In this document: positions 1 through 14,402 of the stretch, in pieces
Numbering within the stretch: the stretch's first letter is position 1
Layout: every line of letters starts with the position of its first letter
Assembly: GCF_963921235.1 (NCBI RefSeq)
Contig: NC_086097.1
Coordinates: 91,080,001-91,144,000 of the forward strand
Length of the DNA stretch: 64,000 nucleotides
Origin: Mobula hypostoma
Lineage: Eukaryota
Direction: 5' to 3'
Notes under the pieces: generated by a model
Database searches by the model: none
What the model was told of the DNA's origin: nothing
Seen by the model: only the letters and a program-made list of their open reading frames with translations
Program-made: the position numbers and the translations under genes

Positions 1-711
1 TGTCCCATGCAAAGCTATTTTTCACCAGGAAATAACACATTGTACAGCGGCATACAATTAAAGTGGAAGTATATTTACCAATATTTCAACTTTAACAAAC
101 ATCTAACAGAAAAATAAAAGCTAAAGAAAAAGGGCCCATTACAGTTAAACCAGTCTAAATGTGCACATAAACATTGGAGCTCATTTTTGTAGTAGTTGGG
201 TGCATTGCTTTACTCATGGCGCTGAACTCTCATCACCAGCCAAAGGTCAAACTTCCCTTGAAGAATGTCATGAACAAACTGGCTAACTCAGAAATTTTGA
301 CACTTCCTCCTTGGAACCATTCATCTGCACAAAGCACTCCTTGCAATAGGGTTTCTATTTTTATGGGATCCTCCAAGCATCTTCTCTTGTGCTCTTCTCC
401 ACACCTCCTCACAAAAGTCCCCAAACCAGACTACTGTCCTTCAGAAATCTGATCCTACCCAGCTCTCTCGAATCTTCCATAGCAGCCCACTAGGCAGAAT
501 GTTACAACATGTAACCAAAAAAACCTGATTGGCTGGCTGACACAGCATCCCAAATGGCTCCTTGTCTTCACCCAAAATCAAAACACTAGTCTATGACACT
601 TAGCTAATAGGAAGGACACACTGCTTTTGCAGAAGAACTGCTAAAATAAAAATAACTCACAGCATAGCAATAGAAATAATATTAAAATATGTTCTTAACC
701 AGGACATTACA
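1..711 (-). mobile_element. Possible LTR fragment
   Basis: Minus strand begins TGTAATGTCCTGGTTAAG at 711 (TG-type terminus) and is non-coding; the other end is outside the window. Confidence 0.3.
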
Positions 712-804
712 TGTAAAATGGATGTGTAAGTTACGGCAATGATGCAAAAAAGATGACATTAAACCCTGTCCTTGTAACAGAACAATCCTAGGTTAAAATC
801 AAGA

Positions 805-965
805 CTGGTGGAAATCTGAAATAAAAGACGCTGTAAGCATTCAGTAGGTCAGGCAGCATCTGTGGAAAGAGAAACAGGGGTAATATTTCAGGTCAATGAC
901 CTTCTGTCAGAAATGAATAAACAGATAACCAGATCCCAGATAGAAGTCTGATTTTCAGCATCTGT
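805..965 (-). mobile_element. Old Penelope-like terminal repeat relic with degenerate hammerhead
   Basis: ggtcaggcagcatctgtgg motif; minus strand reads ctgacaga-aggtcattgacct-gaaat; partial inverted end tttcagcatctg. Confidence 0.55.
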
Positions 966-1084
966 CTCCAACTCTGTAAGTGCTTCACGAGCTTTAAGTA
1001 GCTGGGAAAAAAAGAATAAACAAAACAAAGTGGACTTTAACACAACAGGTCACACCACGAACATCTTAGTGCTCAGTGTATTGT

Positions 1085-1373
1085 TTTTTAAAGTCTGTCA
1101 CGAGCCTGTGGCCCATCAGGCCAGTGCTTATGCCGGTTTCCTTGGCGTGAAGCGACTGAGAGTACGAGACTCCCCCCCCCGGATAGGATGCCAGTCTATC
1201 GCAAGGTTAGCGCCCAGCACTTTTGCCAGTACCCATACTCAGCTGGGTAGACTGGAGCACTGTGTGGTTAAGTGCTTTGCTTAAGGACACACACGCTGCC
1301 TCGGCCGAGACTCGAACCCATGACCTTCAGATTGCTAGTCCAACGCCCTAACTACTTGGCCACGTGCCACACT
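1085..1373 (-). mobile_element. tRNA-derived SINE with 12-bp TSD
   Basis: Minus-strand head has A box TGGCCAAGTAG and B box GGTTCGAGTC; TSD tcagtgtattgt at 1073-1084 and 1374-1385. Confidence 0.85.
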
Positions 1374-2122
1374 TCAGTGTATTGTGGGCAACAGATTATC
1401 CAAGCACAGCAGCCTCTATCCCATTGTCCAGCCACTCGGTGTATAATATGACCTATTGCAATATCTCCTGTCCAAATAACCATCTCTGAAAATCTGTTAG
1501 CATCTTGTCCCTATGTAACTCTCATCAGTCGCTGCCTCCCAGCTTCAAACCATAGCACAGTTTGATTCCGTACACTCTACGCTGTCCAATCACTATTAGT
1601 CTGAGTATAAGGATGAGAATGCATTGGATGTGATTATAAGCTGTCTAGCTGCTATGTCTAGACAATCAATACTTACTGACTTACTCATAGTGTGTAGCAG
1701 AAGCTTTTTTGAAGCAGAAGTCCAACATGAAGAGATGAGGCAGAAATCACTGACGAAAAGGTAGGGCAAAAAAATGGACATGACAAGTGTACTTAACAAT
1801 CAGGTAATCACTGCCACTCAACTAATTTGTATCATCAATTGTTACTTTATTAATGTATTCCATTCATCATGGATTAATCAGTAGTGTTAACTTGCATCAG
1901 TTAATTAGCACTCATTTATACATCCTTCTTATCATCCCCTCTCACATTGATCTCGACTGTCAATAATCTCATAGCCCTATGTTATCATGAGCTTGTAAGT
2001 CTTAATATATCTCCCTCATAAAGCTTGTCTATTTGCTTCTACCCTTCAATGTAAATCACTTGTCGTCACATTTAACGCATTAATGATCTCTCCCTTCTTT
2101 ATGCTCTTCTTTCCAACACTAA

Positions 2123-2305
2123 CCATGTGGGTTTCTTCCGGGTAATTCAGTTTCTTCCCACAGTCCAAAGACCTACCATTTAGTAGGTTAATTGGTCGTA
2201 GTAAATTGCCCTATGATTAGGCTAGGGTTAAATCGGGTGTTGTTGGGTGGCGTGGCTTGAAGGGCTGGAAGGGCCTACTCCGCAGTGTATCTCCATAAAA
2301 TAAAA
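2123..2305 (+). mobile_element. V-domain (HE1/DANA-like) SINE fragment
   Basis: tgggtttcttccggg...tttcttcccacagtccaaagac V-SINE core followed by gaagggcctactcc tail. Confidence 0.7.
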
Positions 2306-3548
2306 TATCATAGGTCAGTGCAGTCAGATTTACTGGTTCAGTTTGCTCATGCACCCTCCCCACACATTCTTCACCATGTCCAGGTGCTACTTTAGCTGCC
2401 TGAGCCCCAAACCCTGGAACCCTCTCCCAAAACTACTCTCGTCTCCCCTTCTTCCTGCTCTCCTTTCAGGATCTCATTCACTTCAAGGTTTAACTCTCTC
2501 TTCCTATTAGCTGCTTCTCTGCTTTGACATCTGTCTGTTGTGGGCCATGGGACATCTTAAACCTCGAGGGCACCAAATTGTTTTAAGGAAGTATATAAAG
2601 GGAAGAAGAACAGAAATACCCAAAAAATTTCTGCCAAACCCTTGGATCAGTAGGAAACCCTAGTTCTCACTGTTTATGGGATTGGAATACAAGAATGTTG
2701 TCGAATTTCATTTCCAAGCTCAATTAACTAATCATTCTTTCATCTCAAAAGAAAAACTGATTTGATTTGTTCCAAAGTAGAATCTTATCGAATAAATCTG
2801 CAGTAGCATGCCTGCCAAACTGTTGCCTCATTCCAGATTAGCAGCCAGCTAGCTGACAAGGAATATTGATTGAAACAGATGCAAATATCTAAAGGGGCAC
2901 TCTATGATGAACCACCTTATGTTTTGCAGATATATTAATTGCAGTCCTAGCGCAGATCAGTCCATTGTTGTTGAATTCTCAACCCCAATGACAATACTCT
3001 CCTTTCTTGCACTGGAAATCAAGTTAAATTTGATTTGTAGTCCTCAAATTAACTTCATCAGGGGAGCCACTTCTGGTAAACTGTCCCATCTCCATTGATA
3101 TGAGCTGTTTATAAACATGGTAACATAATCTCTTGAGTTAGATAAATCACTGTCCTTTTTAGAGATCTGAACCCATAAGCAATGGAGCTTAAAATGGGCA
3201 ATGTGAGGTGTTGCACTTTGGTATGTCAAATGTAAGGGGAAAACCGTGAGGGGACCCTTAACAGTATTGATGTGCAGAGGAAACTTTGGTTCCAAGACCA
3301 TAACTCCCGGAAAGTGGCAACGCAAGTAAATAGCATGACAAACAAGGTACTAATGGCATGCTTACCTTCATTGCTAGAGTGTAACAGTCAGGAATTCATG
3401 ATGCACTAGTAGAAAACTTGGCTTGGCTTCACTTGGAGTATTATGCACAATTACAGGAAGGATGTGGAGGCTTTTCAGGGGCTACAGAAGGGTTTTCACT
3501 GGAATTCTGGGGCATTTTTTTTGTCATGTTTGAGGTTAATAACTCATC

Positions 3549-3864
3549 AGGGTGATCGATAAGTTCATGGCCTAAGGTAGAAGGAGATGTTATTAATGTT
3601 AAACTTTCTGCATAATCACTCAAAGAGTTGAACTGCATGTGCGTGTAATGAGAGCTGTATAACTCATCTCCTTCTACCTTAGGGCACGAACTTATCAATC
3701 ACCCCTGCTGTGGGTACTTTCTGGAGGTCCAAGATCCGTATGCCCCACGACTGCTGGACTAAGTGTGTAAATGTAGGAGGGGACTATGTTGAAAAATAAA
3801 TCTGTCAGGTTTTCTAAAATTGACTCCTTCTCCCTTAGGCCACGAACTTATCTATCACCCCTCA
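3549..3864. mobile_element. Mariner-derived MITE with three TIR copies, inserted in an old CR1 fragment
   Basis: TIR agggtgatcgataagttcatggcctaaggtagaaggag at 3549, inverted copies at ~3668-3706 and ~3824-3862. The internal sequence resembles the mariner transposase C-terminus (WTKCVNVGGDYVEK*, frameshifted). Confidence 0.8.
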
Positions 3865-5264
3865 TAAGGAAGGAGGGTTGAGTACGAGGTGACATGGGTA
3901 TAAAGCCAATGATTTGTGACACGTGGTTAGTCTCACTGCTTCACAACCTGAGTTCATCGCTGAGCTCTGCTGCTCCTTGGTTAGGGAGGGAACGTCGGTG
4001 GGGGGGGGGGGAGGGTTAGGTGTCAGTGAATTGCCCCATTGCAGGGGAAATCAGGGGGGAGTGCTGATGAGGGGTGAGAGGGTAAAATGGGAGGAGTGTA
4101 CGTGGACGCTGCAATGGTTGGTGCAGAAGCATGAGGCCTGCTTCCAGTCTGGGTGACCTGATGTTTGAAATGTAAAAACCCTATTCCAAAGGCAGTGGCG
4201 GGAGCAGGTTAATAATAGTTTTTAGACTGGATCTGAATAATGTACAGAAGTGATGGGAAGGGGCAGGAGAGTGAGAGCAACAGGAGGGCTTCTCCAGAGA
4301 GTTGGCATGAGCAGGGCAATCTGCACCAGAACAAAGCTGAGGGGGCAAAGGATTGTTTCTGTCAAGGACAGCTGAATGGATTTCATTGAGCAGACGACAG
4401 CAGAGCCACAGAGGTGAACCTCCCAGATTCATCACCTGTCTTTTTTATTAGAGAGTGTTGTACATGTCCCAAAGGCACGAGAAGGGAGTGCATTGGCCAC
4501 CACAAGGGACTGCTGATGATGACCTGGAGGAACCAAGTTGTGATAGATGTTCACAACAAAAGTCTGTACAAATCTTCACCATCAACTGTTGATAGAGGCT
4601 GCAATCTGACTCCATTAACCAGAAGGAAAGATTCAGCCTATGAGAGCCACAACAGATCGAGTCGCCCTCAAAGCCATGAGCCAACAAAATGCTCTGCCTT
4701 CTGCAGTACTGAGGATGGTCTTATAACTTATTCACTTATTTTTGGAGCAGCACACACAAAATGCTGGAGGAACTCAGCAGGACAGGCAGTTGCGATGCCC
4801 TTTTAGGTAGTACACACTGTGGGGCAGTGTTGGGGGAAATGCGTGCTCTGAGCTCTTGGTAGGTGCCAAGCAAGCAGACTGCTTTGACCTAGATAGTTCT
4901 GAGCTTCTTGAAATTTGAACTCACTTTGGCAGGCGAGGTGTATTCATCAAGCGCCGGGATTGTGCTTTGTAGGTGACGGAATAGCTCTGGGGTATCAAGG
5001 AGTCACTCACCACAGGATACCCAGCCCTTGACCTGCTAATTCTCTGGAAGACAACCAAAAAGTCTAAACAGAGCATGTGCTAGTTATTGAATGTGTAAGC
5101 AGGAACAAAAAGTACATGGACATCCTGCTTATTGTGTCTCCTTGCAAAGGAACTGGTTCCTGTCACAACCACAGGTGCAGTGTGAGGTGCAGGCTTGTGT
5201 ACATCTGGAGATGAGGCCACATGGTTCTGGGGAGCAGGTTGGATGAGGAATTCTCCATGAATAT

Positions 5265-5880
5265 TCCTTGGTGTTATTATTTTGGAGGACCTGTCCCAGG
5301 TCCAGCAATTATGAAGAGAAATGTCAGCATCTCTACTTAGATGTTTACAAAGATTCAGCGTGACATCTATAAGTTTGGTAAACTTCTATAGCTGTGTAGT
5401 GGAGAGTGTATTGACTGGGTGCATCATTGCTGGGTATTGACACACCAATGCCCTTGAATGGAAAATCCTACGAAAAGTAATGGATACGGCCCAGGCCATC
5501 ACGGCTAAAACCCTCCCCACCATTGAGCACATCTACATGAAACGCTGTTGCAGGAAAGCAGCATCCATCATTATGGACCCTCATTGCCAGGGTCATGCTA
5601 TCATTTTGCTGCTGCCATCAGGAAGTTACTACACCTCAACCATCAGATTCTTGAACCAAAGGGGATTATTTGACTTGCTCCATCACTGGAATATTCCAAC
5701 AACCTATGGACTCACTTTCAAGGACTCGTCATCTCATTTCTCCATATTTATATATTATTATTATTTCTTGCTTCTGTTATGGCTATTTTTTCTATGGATT
5801 TATTGAGTATGCCCTCAAGAAAATGAATCTCAGGGTTGTATACGGTGTACTTCGATAATACATTTACCTTGAACTTTGAA
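5265..5880 (+). mobile_element. Rex1/Babar LINE 3' fragment
   Basis: ORF remnant AQAITAKTLPTIEHIY..RCCRKAASII.DP..GH..LLPSG; cttgaactttgaa tail. Confidence 0.75.
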
Positions 5881-6099
5881 CGACCTGAGGCAGAGGGAAG
5901 ATTGCTTATTGTGATTCAAAGTCAGGTGAACCGTTCAAAGTGATGGAGCAGGGAGAATTCTGTGGCAACGTCTGAGGACGTTGTCCTTCTCAAATGCCCA
6001 AATGTTGAAATAATCAGCAATAAGTCCAAACAGCTTGTTTTAACTGTTTATTCCAGTTGGCTTTGCACAGTAACCAAAAGTAAGAAATGCCACACAGTT

Positions 6100-7140
6100 A
6101 GCAAATTGGTAAATTAGTTTATTGGTCATGTGTATTGAGGGACAGTGAAAATATTCTCTTGCATGCCGTTTATAGAAACAAATTTATTACAACAGTGCAT
6201 TGAGGCAGAACAACGTAAAACAACAGAGTCCAAAGTAAAGAGTTAAAGCTACAGTGAACAGTGTATGTAGATAGTAAGGCGCTTGGCCAAAACAAGGTAG
6301 AATGTGAGGTGAAGAGTCAATCTTATTGTCAAAGGGGATCATCAACAATCTTATAACAGGCAGACAGAAGCTTTTCTTGAACCTTGTGGTTTGAGCTTTC
6401 AGGCCTGTGTACCTTCTACCTGATGGGAGAGGGAGAATGGGATGGATGAGGTCTTTGATTATGTTGGCTGCTTTACCAAGTCAGTAGGAAGCAAAGACTG
6501 AGTCCATGGAGAGGACGATAGTTTCCATGATGTGTGGAGTTGTGTCCACATCTCTCCGCAGGTTCTTGTGGTCACGGCAGAGCATTTGCCGTACTAAACC
6601 ATTCTATAAACAAACAAACAAATAAACAGTTAAAGAGATAAACCATCAATGTAAACTGGTGAGTGTCATGACAAGTTTCTTTAGCTTCCTGCTGGTGAGC
6701 TTTCTTGGCTGTGGTATCAATGTTGTTCGATCAGCAAAAGTCATTGCTGATGTTCACTCCTAGGAACTTGAAATTCTCAACCTCCCAACCACGGCACCAC
6801 TAATATAAATAAAAGCTTGTTCTCTAATGCTCCCCTCTCTTCCTGAAGCCAATGAGCCTCTCATTTGCTTTGCTGACATTGAGGGAATGGTTCTTGTCAC
6901 AACACCAAGTCACTCGGCTCTCTTGTCCCCTTCTGTACTCAGACTCATCATTATTTGAGATGTGCCCCACTGCGGCGTTATCATCAGCAAACTTGTAGAT
7001 GGAGGTAGAGCAAAATCTGGCCACACAATTGTTAGTATAGAAGGAGTAGAATAGGACCCATCACAGGTTGAGGGATGACAACTGGATGTAGCTAAAAAGA
7101 AAATCATTTTACATGGCAGTGTAGGTGCATGTTAGAGGGG
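6100..7140 (-). mobile_element. Rex1/Babar LINE fragment
   Basis: YKFADD and WC.DKNHSLNVSK..E..IGFRK motifs on the minus strand. Confidence 0.75.
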
Positions 7141-9534
7141 CTGAAGTCAGGCCATGCTCTCTTCTTGCTGCTGCTATCAGGAAGAAGGTGCAGGAGTCGC
7201 AGAACCCACATCACCAGGTTCAGGAACAGTTATTTCCCCTCAATCATCAGACTCTCTAACCAGAGGGAATAAACAACCTCCCACGGCAACTCCATCCTCA
7301 CCATTCCCGACATCCTTAGTCTCTGCCAGGTTTACAAACTCACTTTCCGCTCCAAGTTGACAAATATAGTACTCTGCGAAAGTCTTAGGCACCTATGTAT
7401 GTGTATGTGTGATTTTTCACAGCACTGCATCCCAAGTGAATTCATGGTCTTCAGTTCTTGTGAAGTGCTTTTGTTTTTTTCTAAGGAACAGATACTTCTT
7501 TATCTTCAGGCGAGTGCTGTGTCTTTGTCCTACTTTACACAAATTCCTGCTCAGCCATCACTCAGCAGTTGTTACATAAAGACCTATTCCATCAGCCCCT
7601 TGAATTCAAAATTCACATCTGAATTTTCAAATTTCTTTATGACCTCAGTGAATAAAAATCAAAAACAAAACTTCAGATGCTAGAAATCTGAAATAAAAAT
7701 AGAAAAAGCGGACAGCACTCAGCAAGTCAAGACTCGTGTGTCCAACACTTCCTGGTTGTATCCTCTGCTATCTCATTCCTCACAATCTAAGGGATATTTT
7801 TTACCCCTAGAGCCCATCAAATCCTCTCTGCTCTTCATGACTAGCTCCTGCTTTTAGTTACTTCATAATCAACTGTCACTGTATCTTCAGCTGTTTGTGA
7901 ATGATCCTCCATAAAGTTCTCCTCTCCAGAAAGATGCTCCTTAATGTAACCAGTCTTAGATTTTAAGGAAGTTTATAATATCACAAAGGATATTATAAAG
8001 GAAAGGGGGTAGATGTCTTCTTTTCTCGGGGTAGGAGAGTCTAAAGCTAGAAGACAAAGGTTTTTGATGAATGGGGAAAGACTGAAAGGGAAAGATCTGA
8101 AGAGCATGAATTCCATCCAGGAGGTGGCGTATTTGTGGTATGAGCTGCCAGAAGAAGTAGTAGAGGAAGGTACAATTTGACAGGTATAGGCCAAAGGTAC
8201 ACAGATAGGACTAGTTTGGTTAGGCACCTTTGCCCTTGCACCTTAGACAAATTGGACCAGAGGGCTTGTTTCAGTGCTGTCTGACTGCCTATGACTCTTT
8301 GCTTCTATTCACCAATCCTAGTATCTCCATGTATCCTGGGGTCATATTTTGACTGGTAAAGCTTCCGTGATGCAGCTTAGAGCATTTTACTCTGCAAAAA
8401 AAGAAATGGGAAGCTATATAAATGCAGCACCTGTGTTGTTGTCCATTTCCCTGGTTTGATTGCGGATGGGGAAATGGCTCAAAGGTTGACTTGAGCTCAG
8501 TTACAATGGTGGCTTGATTACAGAGCATTTACAAAGAGGAGTAATAAAATAGTGACGGTGTGGATGGGAGGCGGACAGGGTTTGCAGGCTTCATGGAGTA
8601 CTGATGTTGCAAAATACATGGCTGCATTTCATTACAGGATGTCTAACACAAGATTCAGGAAGCACATCTACACTTCTCGCTGCCTCAGTAAAATAGCCAG
8701 CATAATCTACAAGCCCACCTACCCCAGATAATCTCTCCTCCTCTCTTCCATTGGGCAGAAAATACAAAAGCCTGAAAGCACATACCCCCAGGGTCAAGGC
8801 TATTATAGGACTATCTAGTAGTTCACTAGTATGATAAAAGTGGGCTCCTTACCTCATAATCTATCTTGTAGTGAACTTGCACATTAAAATTTACCTGCAT
8901 TTGCACTTTTCTGTAGCTGTTACCCTTTATTCTGCATTGCTATTGTTTTACCTCGTTCTACCTCAATGCACAGTGTAATGATTTGATCTGTATGAACAGT
9001 ATATAAGACAAGCTTCTTCGTGATTCACTGCTGGTCACAATAATAAACTACTTCCAATTTCATTTCATCCTTCATACAGGGCAATGGGAAGAAGTGGAAG
9101 TTTGAGTATGGGAGGTATGATTTTTATTTGTTGAAATTAGTATGGACACCTGGTAGACCTTTGCTGATAAAATTGTTGCAGAGGACATGTAGAAAAGCAG
9201 TTTAACCATTCATCCTGATGTGACATCCATTCCTTTGGTTCTGCACCTGTAAAGTTTGTCCAGAATATATGCTGAATTCTCCTAAGCAGGACTTCAGCCC
9301 ACAACCTCTTGACTAAAGGATGTGGACTGTATTTAATTGTGAAACAAGATCCTGGGCTGCTAGTGCAGAAACAAAGCTGACCACAATGGAAACACATAGA
9401 AGGTCAGATGGCGTTTTCTGTTTTCATTTCAGATTCAGTCATTAATTGATGTCAAGTTTCTGAAATCAAATAAGTTACCTGAAAACATTAAAATTTCATA
9501 ATCTGCATTGTAACAAAGCTCTTTTGCTTATACT

Positions 9535-9830
9535 TTATTATGACAGAGAAGGGGGCTATTCAGCCACTCCAGTCAAATCTGGCTCTCAGAGCATCCCCTC
9601 ACTTATTGCCCTGCAACCGATCCTGTCTCTCACTTCCGTCCATTTCACCTTAATTTTCCTACCACCCACCTACACAGCAGCCAGCTAACGTACCAGCCTT
9701 TGGGATGTGAGAGGAAATCAGAGCACCTGGAGGAAACACACATGACAGAGAGAGCAAGAAAACTCCCTACAAGCAGCGGCTGAGATCAGAATTGAACCCA
9801 GATCAAGGAGCTGTGAGCCACCGAGCCAGC
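9535..9830 (-). mobile_element. V-domain SINE
   Basis: Reverse complement of V core (tgggatgtgagaggaaatcagagcacctggaggaaac) and ttgaacc B-box remnant. Confidence 0.65.
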
Positions 9831-10310
9831 CGAGTCTGTAAGAAATTCCAGAAAGGAGCTGTTACTCATTCCATGAGCCATTCAATCAGACCATGGCTGA
9901 GGTGTAGTTTATCCCCTTTTACCACTGTTTTGTCCCATTTCTCCTTTAACCTTGACCCCAATTCCAATTGTTTCAGCTGAACACAACCCACACAGGAAGG
10001 GTGTTCCTGATTTGTGTAACTCTTGAGTAAAGAAAAGAAAAATTGCCCAAGAGTACTGTTGCAAATAAACTCACTTCAAAATAAAATTAATGGACTGAAT
10101 TGTGGAAAAATTGGAAAAGAGTATGCAGATGACTGAGAATCTGAAAGATCTAGCTATTAACCACATTTAAACCCAACTTTCACTTTGACATTTTCTGGTT
10201 CTACAAAAATAAATTCGATGGATTATTTAAATTCATTGGCTTGTTTTAGAGAATGTCAATTATAAAATGACAAAGAAACAAAAAGACAAATTTGAATGAC
10301 ACAGAAAGAT

Positions 10311-10540
10311 TGGAGATACTGGAATAGAGATACACAAAAAATACTGGAGGAACTCTGCAAGTCAGGCAGCCTCTATGGAGGGAAATGAACAGTTAATGCT
10401 TCGGGCCGAGACCCTTTATCAGGAAGGTAAACAGCTGACTGTTTACTCCCTTCCACAGATGCTGCCTGACATGGTGAGTTCCTCTGACATTTTGGGCATG
10501 TTGCTCAAGATTTCCAGCATCTTCAGAATCTCCTGTGTTT
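10311..10540. mobile_element. Diverged palindromic Penelope-like element
   Basis: Arms ctggaggaactc..gtcaggcagc / gctgcctgac..gagttcctc; minus strand cctgataaagggtctcggcccgaagc is a degenerate hammerhead. Confidence 0.7.
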
Positions 10541-10994
10541 AGGAAACTGTGGGTGATGGGAAATTATAAGATTAGAATTATAATTTTTAAAAAACTGCTC
10601 CACAGTGCCACCCAATGGACAGCTGAAGAAGCTGCCGTGAAATCCTCAGGAACTTCCCATCAGCATTATCAGAATCAGATTCAGGTTTAACATCTGGCGT
10701 ATGTCATGAAATTGGCTGTTTTGCAAAAGCAGTACATTGGAAAACATGGTAATAAAAAACTATATGCTACAATAAGGAATATTAAATATTAAATAAGAAG
10801 TGCAAAAAGATAAATGTATATTGAGGTAGCGTACATTGGTTCATTGTACATTCAGAAATCTGATGGTGGAGGAGAAAAAGCTGGTGAAGGCAAGAGATTG
10901 GTGCCGGAGGGGAATGGATCAACCATGATGAAATGACGGAGCAGACGCAATGGGGCAAATGGTCTAATTCTGCTCCTATATTTTATGGGCTTAT

Positions 10995-12005
10995 TGTCTT
11001 ATACTCTTGTCCTCTTGAAATGAATGCTAACATTACATTTGCATTTGCATTCCTTACCACCAGCTCAACCTACAAGTTAATCTTTAGGGAATCTTGCATA
11101 ATGACACCCGATTCCCTTTGCATCTTTCATTTTTGAATTTTCTCCCCATTTAGAAGATTGTCTACACCTTTATTTCTTCTTCAAAAGTGCATGACCATAC
11201 ACTTCCCTATGTTGCCACTTCTTTGCCCATTCTCTCAATCTGTCCAAGTCCTTCTGCAGACTCCCTGTTTCCTCAACACTACCTGCCCATCCACCTATCA
11301 TTGTCTCGACTGCAGACTTGGCCACAAAGCCATACATTCCATCGTTCAAATCATTGACATATAATGTGAAGAGAAGCAGTCCCAGTACCGGCGTCCTTTG
11401 TCTATTCTGCCTGTTATTTCATCAAAGCATTCCAATCGATTTGTCAGGCAAGATCGCCCCTTAAAGTAACCATGCTGACTTTAACCTATTTTATCATGTG
11501 CCTCCAAGTACCTTGAAACCTCATCCTTAATAATGGATTCCAACATCTTCCCAACCACTGAAGTCAGGCTAACTGGCCTATAAGTTCTGCCTCCCTCCCT
11601 TCTTAAAGAGCGAAGTGACATTTGCAATTTTCCAGCCCTCCAGAACAATTCCTGAATCTCGTGATTGTTGAAAGATCATTATTAAAGCCCCCAGAATCTC
11701 TTCAGCTAGCTCTTTCAGAACCCTGGGGTGTAGTCCATCTGGTCTAAGTAACTTACCACCTTCAGGCCTTTCATTTTCTCAAGTTCCTTTTCCTTAGTAA
11801 TAGCAACGACACTCACTTCTGCCCCCTGACGCTCTTGAATTTCTGGCATACTGCTAGTGTCTTCAACAGTGAAGTCTGACACAAAATACTTAATTAATTT
11901 TGTCCACCATTTCTTTGTACCCCATTAATACCTGTCCAACATCATTTTCCAGCAGCCCAATACCCACTCTCGCCTCTCTATTGCTCTTTATATATCTGAA
12001 AAGGT
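10995..12005 (-). mobile_element. CR1 LINE RT fragment (decayed)
   Basis: Reverse complement of CR1 RT motifs (ccatgctgact = SQHG; cttcccaaccactgaagtcagg = LTSVVGK). Confidence 0.75.
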
Positions 12006-12299
12006 TATGAGTAATACAAAGAAGGAAAGGGATTTACATTAAGAGCCTGACCATCACAGGTGCTGTTAGTGTCAGTGCTACCACACACAGTTTTGAATGT
12101 GACTTCTAATGCTGTGTATGTGGATTTGGCATGTTCAATATGTGACCACGCAGGTTTCATTTGGATATTCATAAGACTTGCATGTAGATTAATTGGCCTC
12201 TGTGAATTGCTCATTAGTGTAGGTTGATGCCAAAATAAATGAAAAGGGAGTTAGAGAATAACTTGTAGGATACTGGGAAATAGGGCTGGAAGCACTGCT

Positions 12300-14402
12300 G
12301 TTTGTGATGGACAGGGAGAGAGTGGCATTGCAAAACAGTGATAGTATCACAGCTGCAGAAAGGGAGGAATTGTCTCTGAGTCTGTGTGGGTGGAAGTCAG
12401 AAACAGGCAGGGAGCAATCACTGTATTTGGGGTATTCATAGACTCCACAAAAGTAGCAGTGACACCGAGAAGCAGATTAATCATGAGGTTTTTGGAAAGG
12501 TTCAGAAATAAGAGGGTTGTTGTCAGCGGTGACATCAACATCCCTAACATTATTGGCACCTCTTTAGTGCAAAAGGTTTGGATGGGGCGGAGTTTGTTAA
12601 GTGTGCCCAGAAAGGATTCCTGACACAATACGTGTACAGGCCGATTAGAGGACAGGGCACTCTTAAGCCAGGAAGTTTAGGAAGGGACTCAGAAGAGCTA
12701 GGAGAGAACGTGAGAGGGCCTTGTCAAGTAGGATTAAGGAAAACCCCAGTGCTTTCTACTCGTGTGTAAAGAACGGGAGGAAGACTAGAGTGAGGATAGG
12801 ACTAGTCAGGGATAAAAATGGAAGCGTGCCTGGAGTCAGAGGAGGTAATGAAGGTCCTTATTGAATATTCACCAGTGAGAGGGACCTTGATGAATGTGAG
12901 GTCAGCATAAAACAGACTAATATGCTGGCATATATCGACGTTAGGAAAGAGGATGTGCTGGAACCTTTGAAAAACATTTGGATGGATTAAGTTCCTGTGC
13001 TGGATATGATATATTCCAGGTTACTCCTGGAAGAGAGGGAAGTGATTGCTGCACCTTTGGTGATGATCCTTGTGTCCTTTCTAACCACAGGAGTAGTTCC
13101 AGATGATTGGAGGGTGGCAAATGTTATTCCTTTGTTCAACAATAGTATTAGTGATAATCCAGGCTATTATAGACCAGTGAGTCTCACATCTGTAGTGGGA
13201 AAACTATTGGAGAGGATGCTTAGAAAGAGGATTTATGAGCATTTGGAGAAGCGTGTCTGATTAGGGATGGTCAACATGGGTTTGTGAGGGACAAAACAAA
13301 TTGATGAAGCTAGAGCAGTTTTAGTAAGTTTGTGTTTGACAAGATTCCCCATGGTAGACTCACCTAGGGAGTCAGGAGGAATGGGATCTGGGGAAACTTG
13401 GCTGCATGGATTTGGAAATGGCTTGCCCACAGAAGGCAGAGAATAATAGGAGATGGAGTCTGGAGGTCCGTGACTAGTGGTACTCTGTGGGGATTGTTCT
13501 GCGACCTCTGTTCTTTGTGATTTTTATAAATGACTTGGATGAGGATATTTTCTCAAAAGATGACACAAAAGATAGTGTGGAAGATTGTTGTAATTTATAA
13601 TGGGACATAGATAGGATGCAGAGCTGAGGTGGAAAGTGGCAGAAAGAGTTCAAGTGTGAAGTGATACCCTTTGGAAGGTTGAACTTGAAGGCAGAGTAGC
13701 AGGTTAATAGCAGGATTCTTATCAGTGTGGAGGAACAGAGGGATCCTGGAGTCCACATCCAAAGATCCCTCAATGTTGATAGGGTTGTTGAGAAGGTGTA
13801 TGATGTTGGCCTTCATTAATCAGGGTATTGAGTTCAAGAACCGGGGGTAATGTTGCAGCTCTTTAAAACCCTGGTAAGACCACACTTGGAGTATTATGTT
13901 CATTTCTGGTCGTGTCATAATAGGAAGGATATGGATGCTTTAGAGAGGGTGCAGAGGAGATTTACCAGGATGCTGCCTGGATTAGAGAGCATGTAGCATG
14001 AATAAAGGTGTAGTGAGCTGTGTCATTTCTCTTTGGAGTGAAGGACACTGAGGTGACTTCATAGAGATGTATAAGGTGATTAGAGCCAGAGGTAGAGTGC
14101 AGAGCCAGTGTCCCAGTATGTCCCAATATGAGAGGGCACAATGTGAAGGTAGTTGGTGGAAGGTAGAAGGTGGAATGTCAAATATAGGTGTTTTACAGAG
14201 AGTGAATATAATGCTGTGAGGGGGTGGTTTTGGAGGCAGATAGATTAGGGACATTTAAGAGACCCTTCGATAGGCACATGGATGAAAGAAACATGGAAAG
14301 CTATGTGGGAAGGAGAGATTAGATTGTCCTTCAAGCAGGTCAAAAGGTCAGCACAGCTTTGTGGAATGAAGGGCCTGTACCGTACTCTATTGTTCTATGT
14401 TC
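12300..14402 (+). mobile_element. CR1 LINE ORF2 (decayed) with 3' tail
   Basis: WVEVRNRQG (EN), PDDWRVANVIPLF and YRPVSLTSVVGKLLE motifs; ttctatgttct tail. Confidence 0.85.

Noticed and set aside
1300..1372. tRNA gene
   Set aside because: The A/B boxes are the head of a SINE that has a body, tail and TSD
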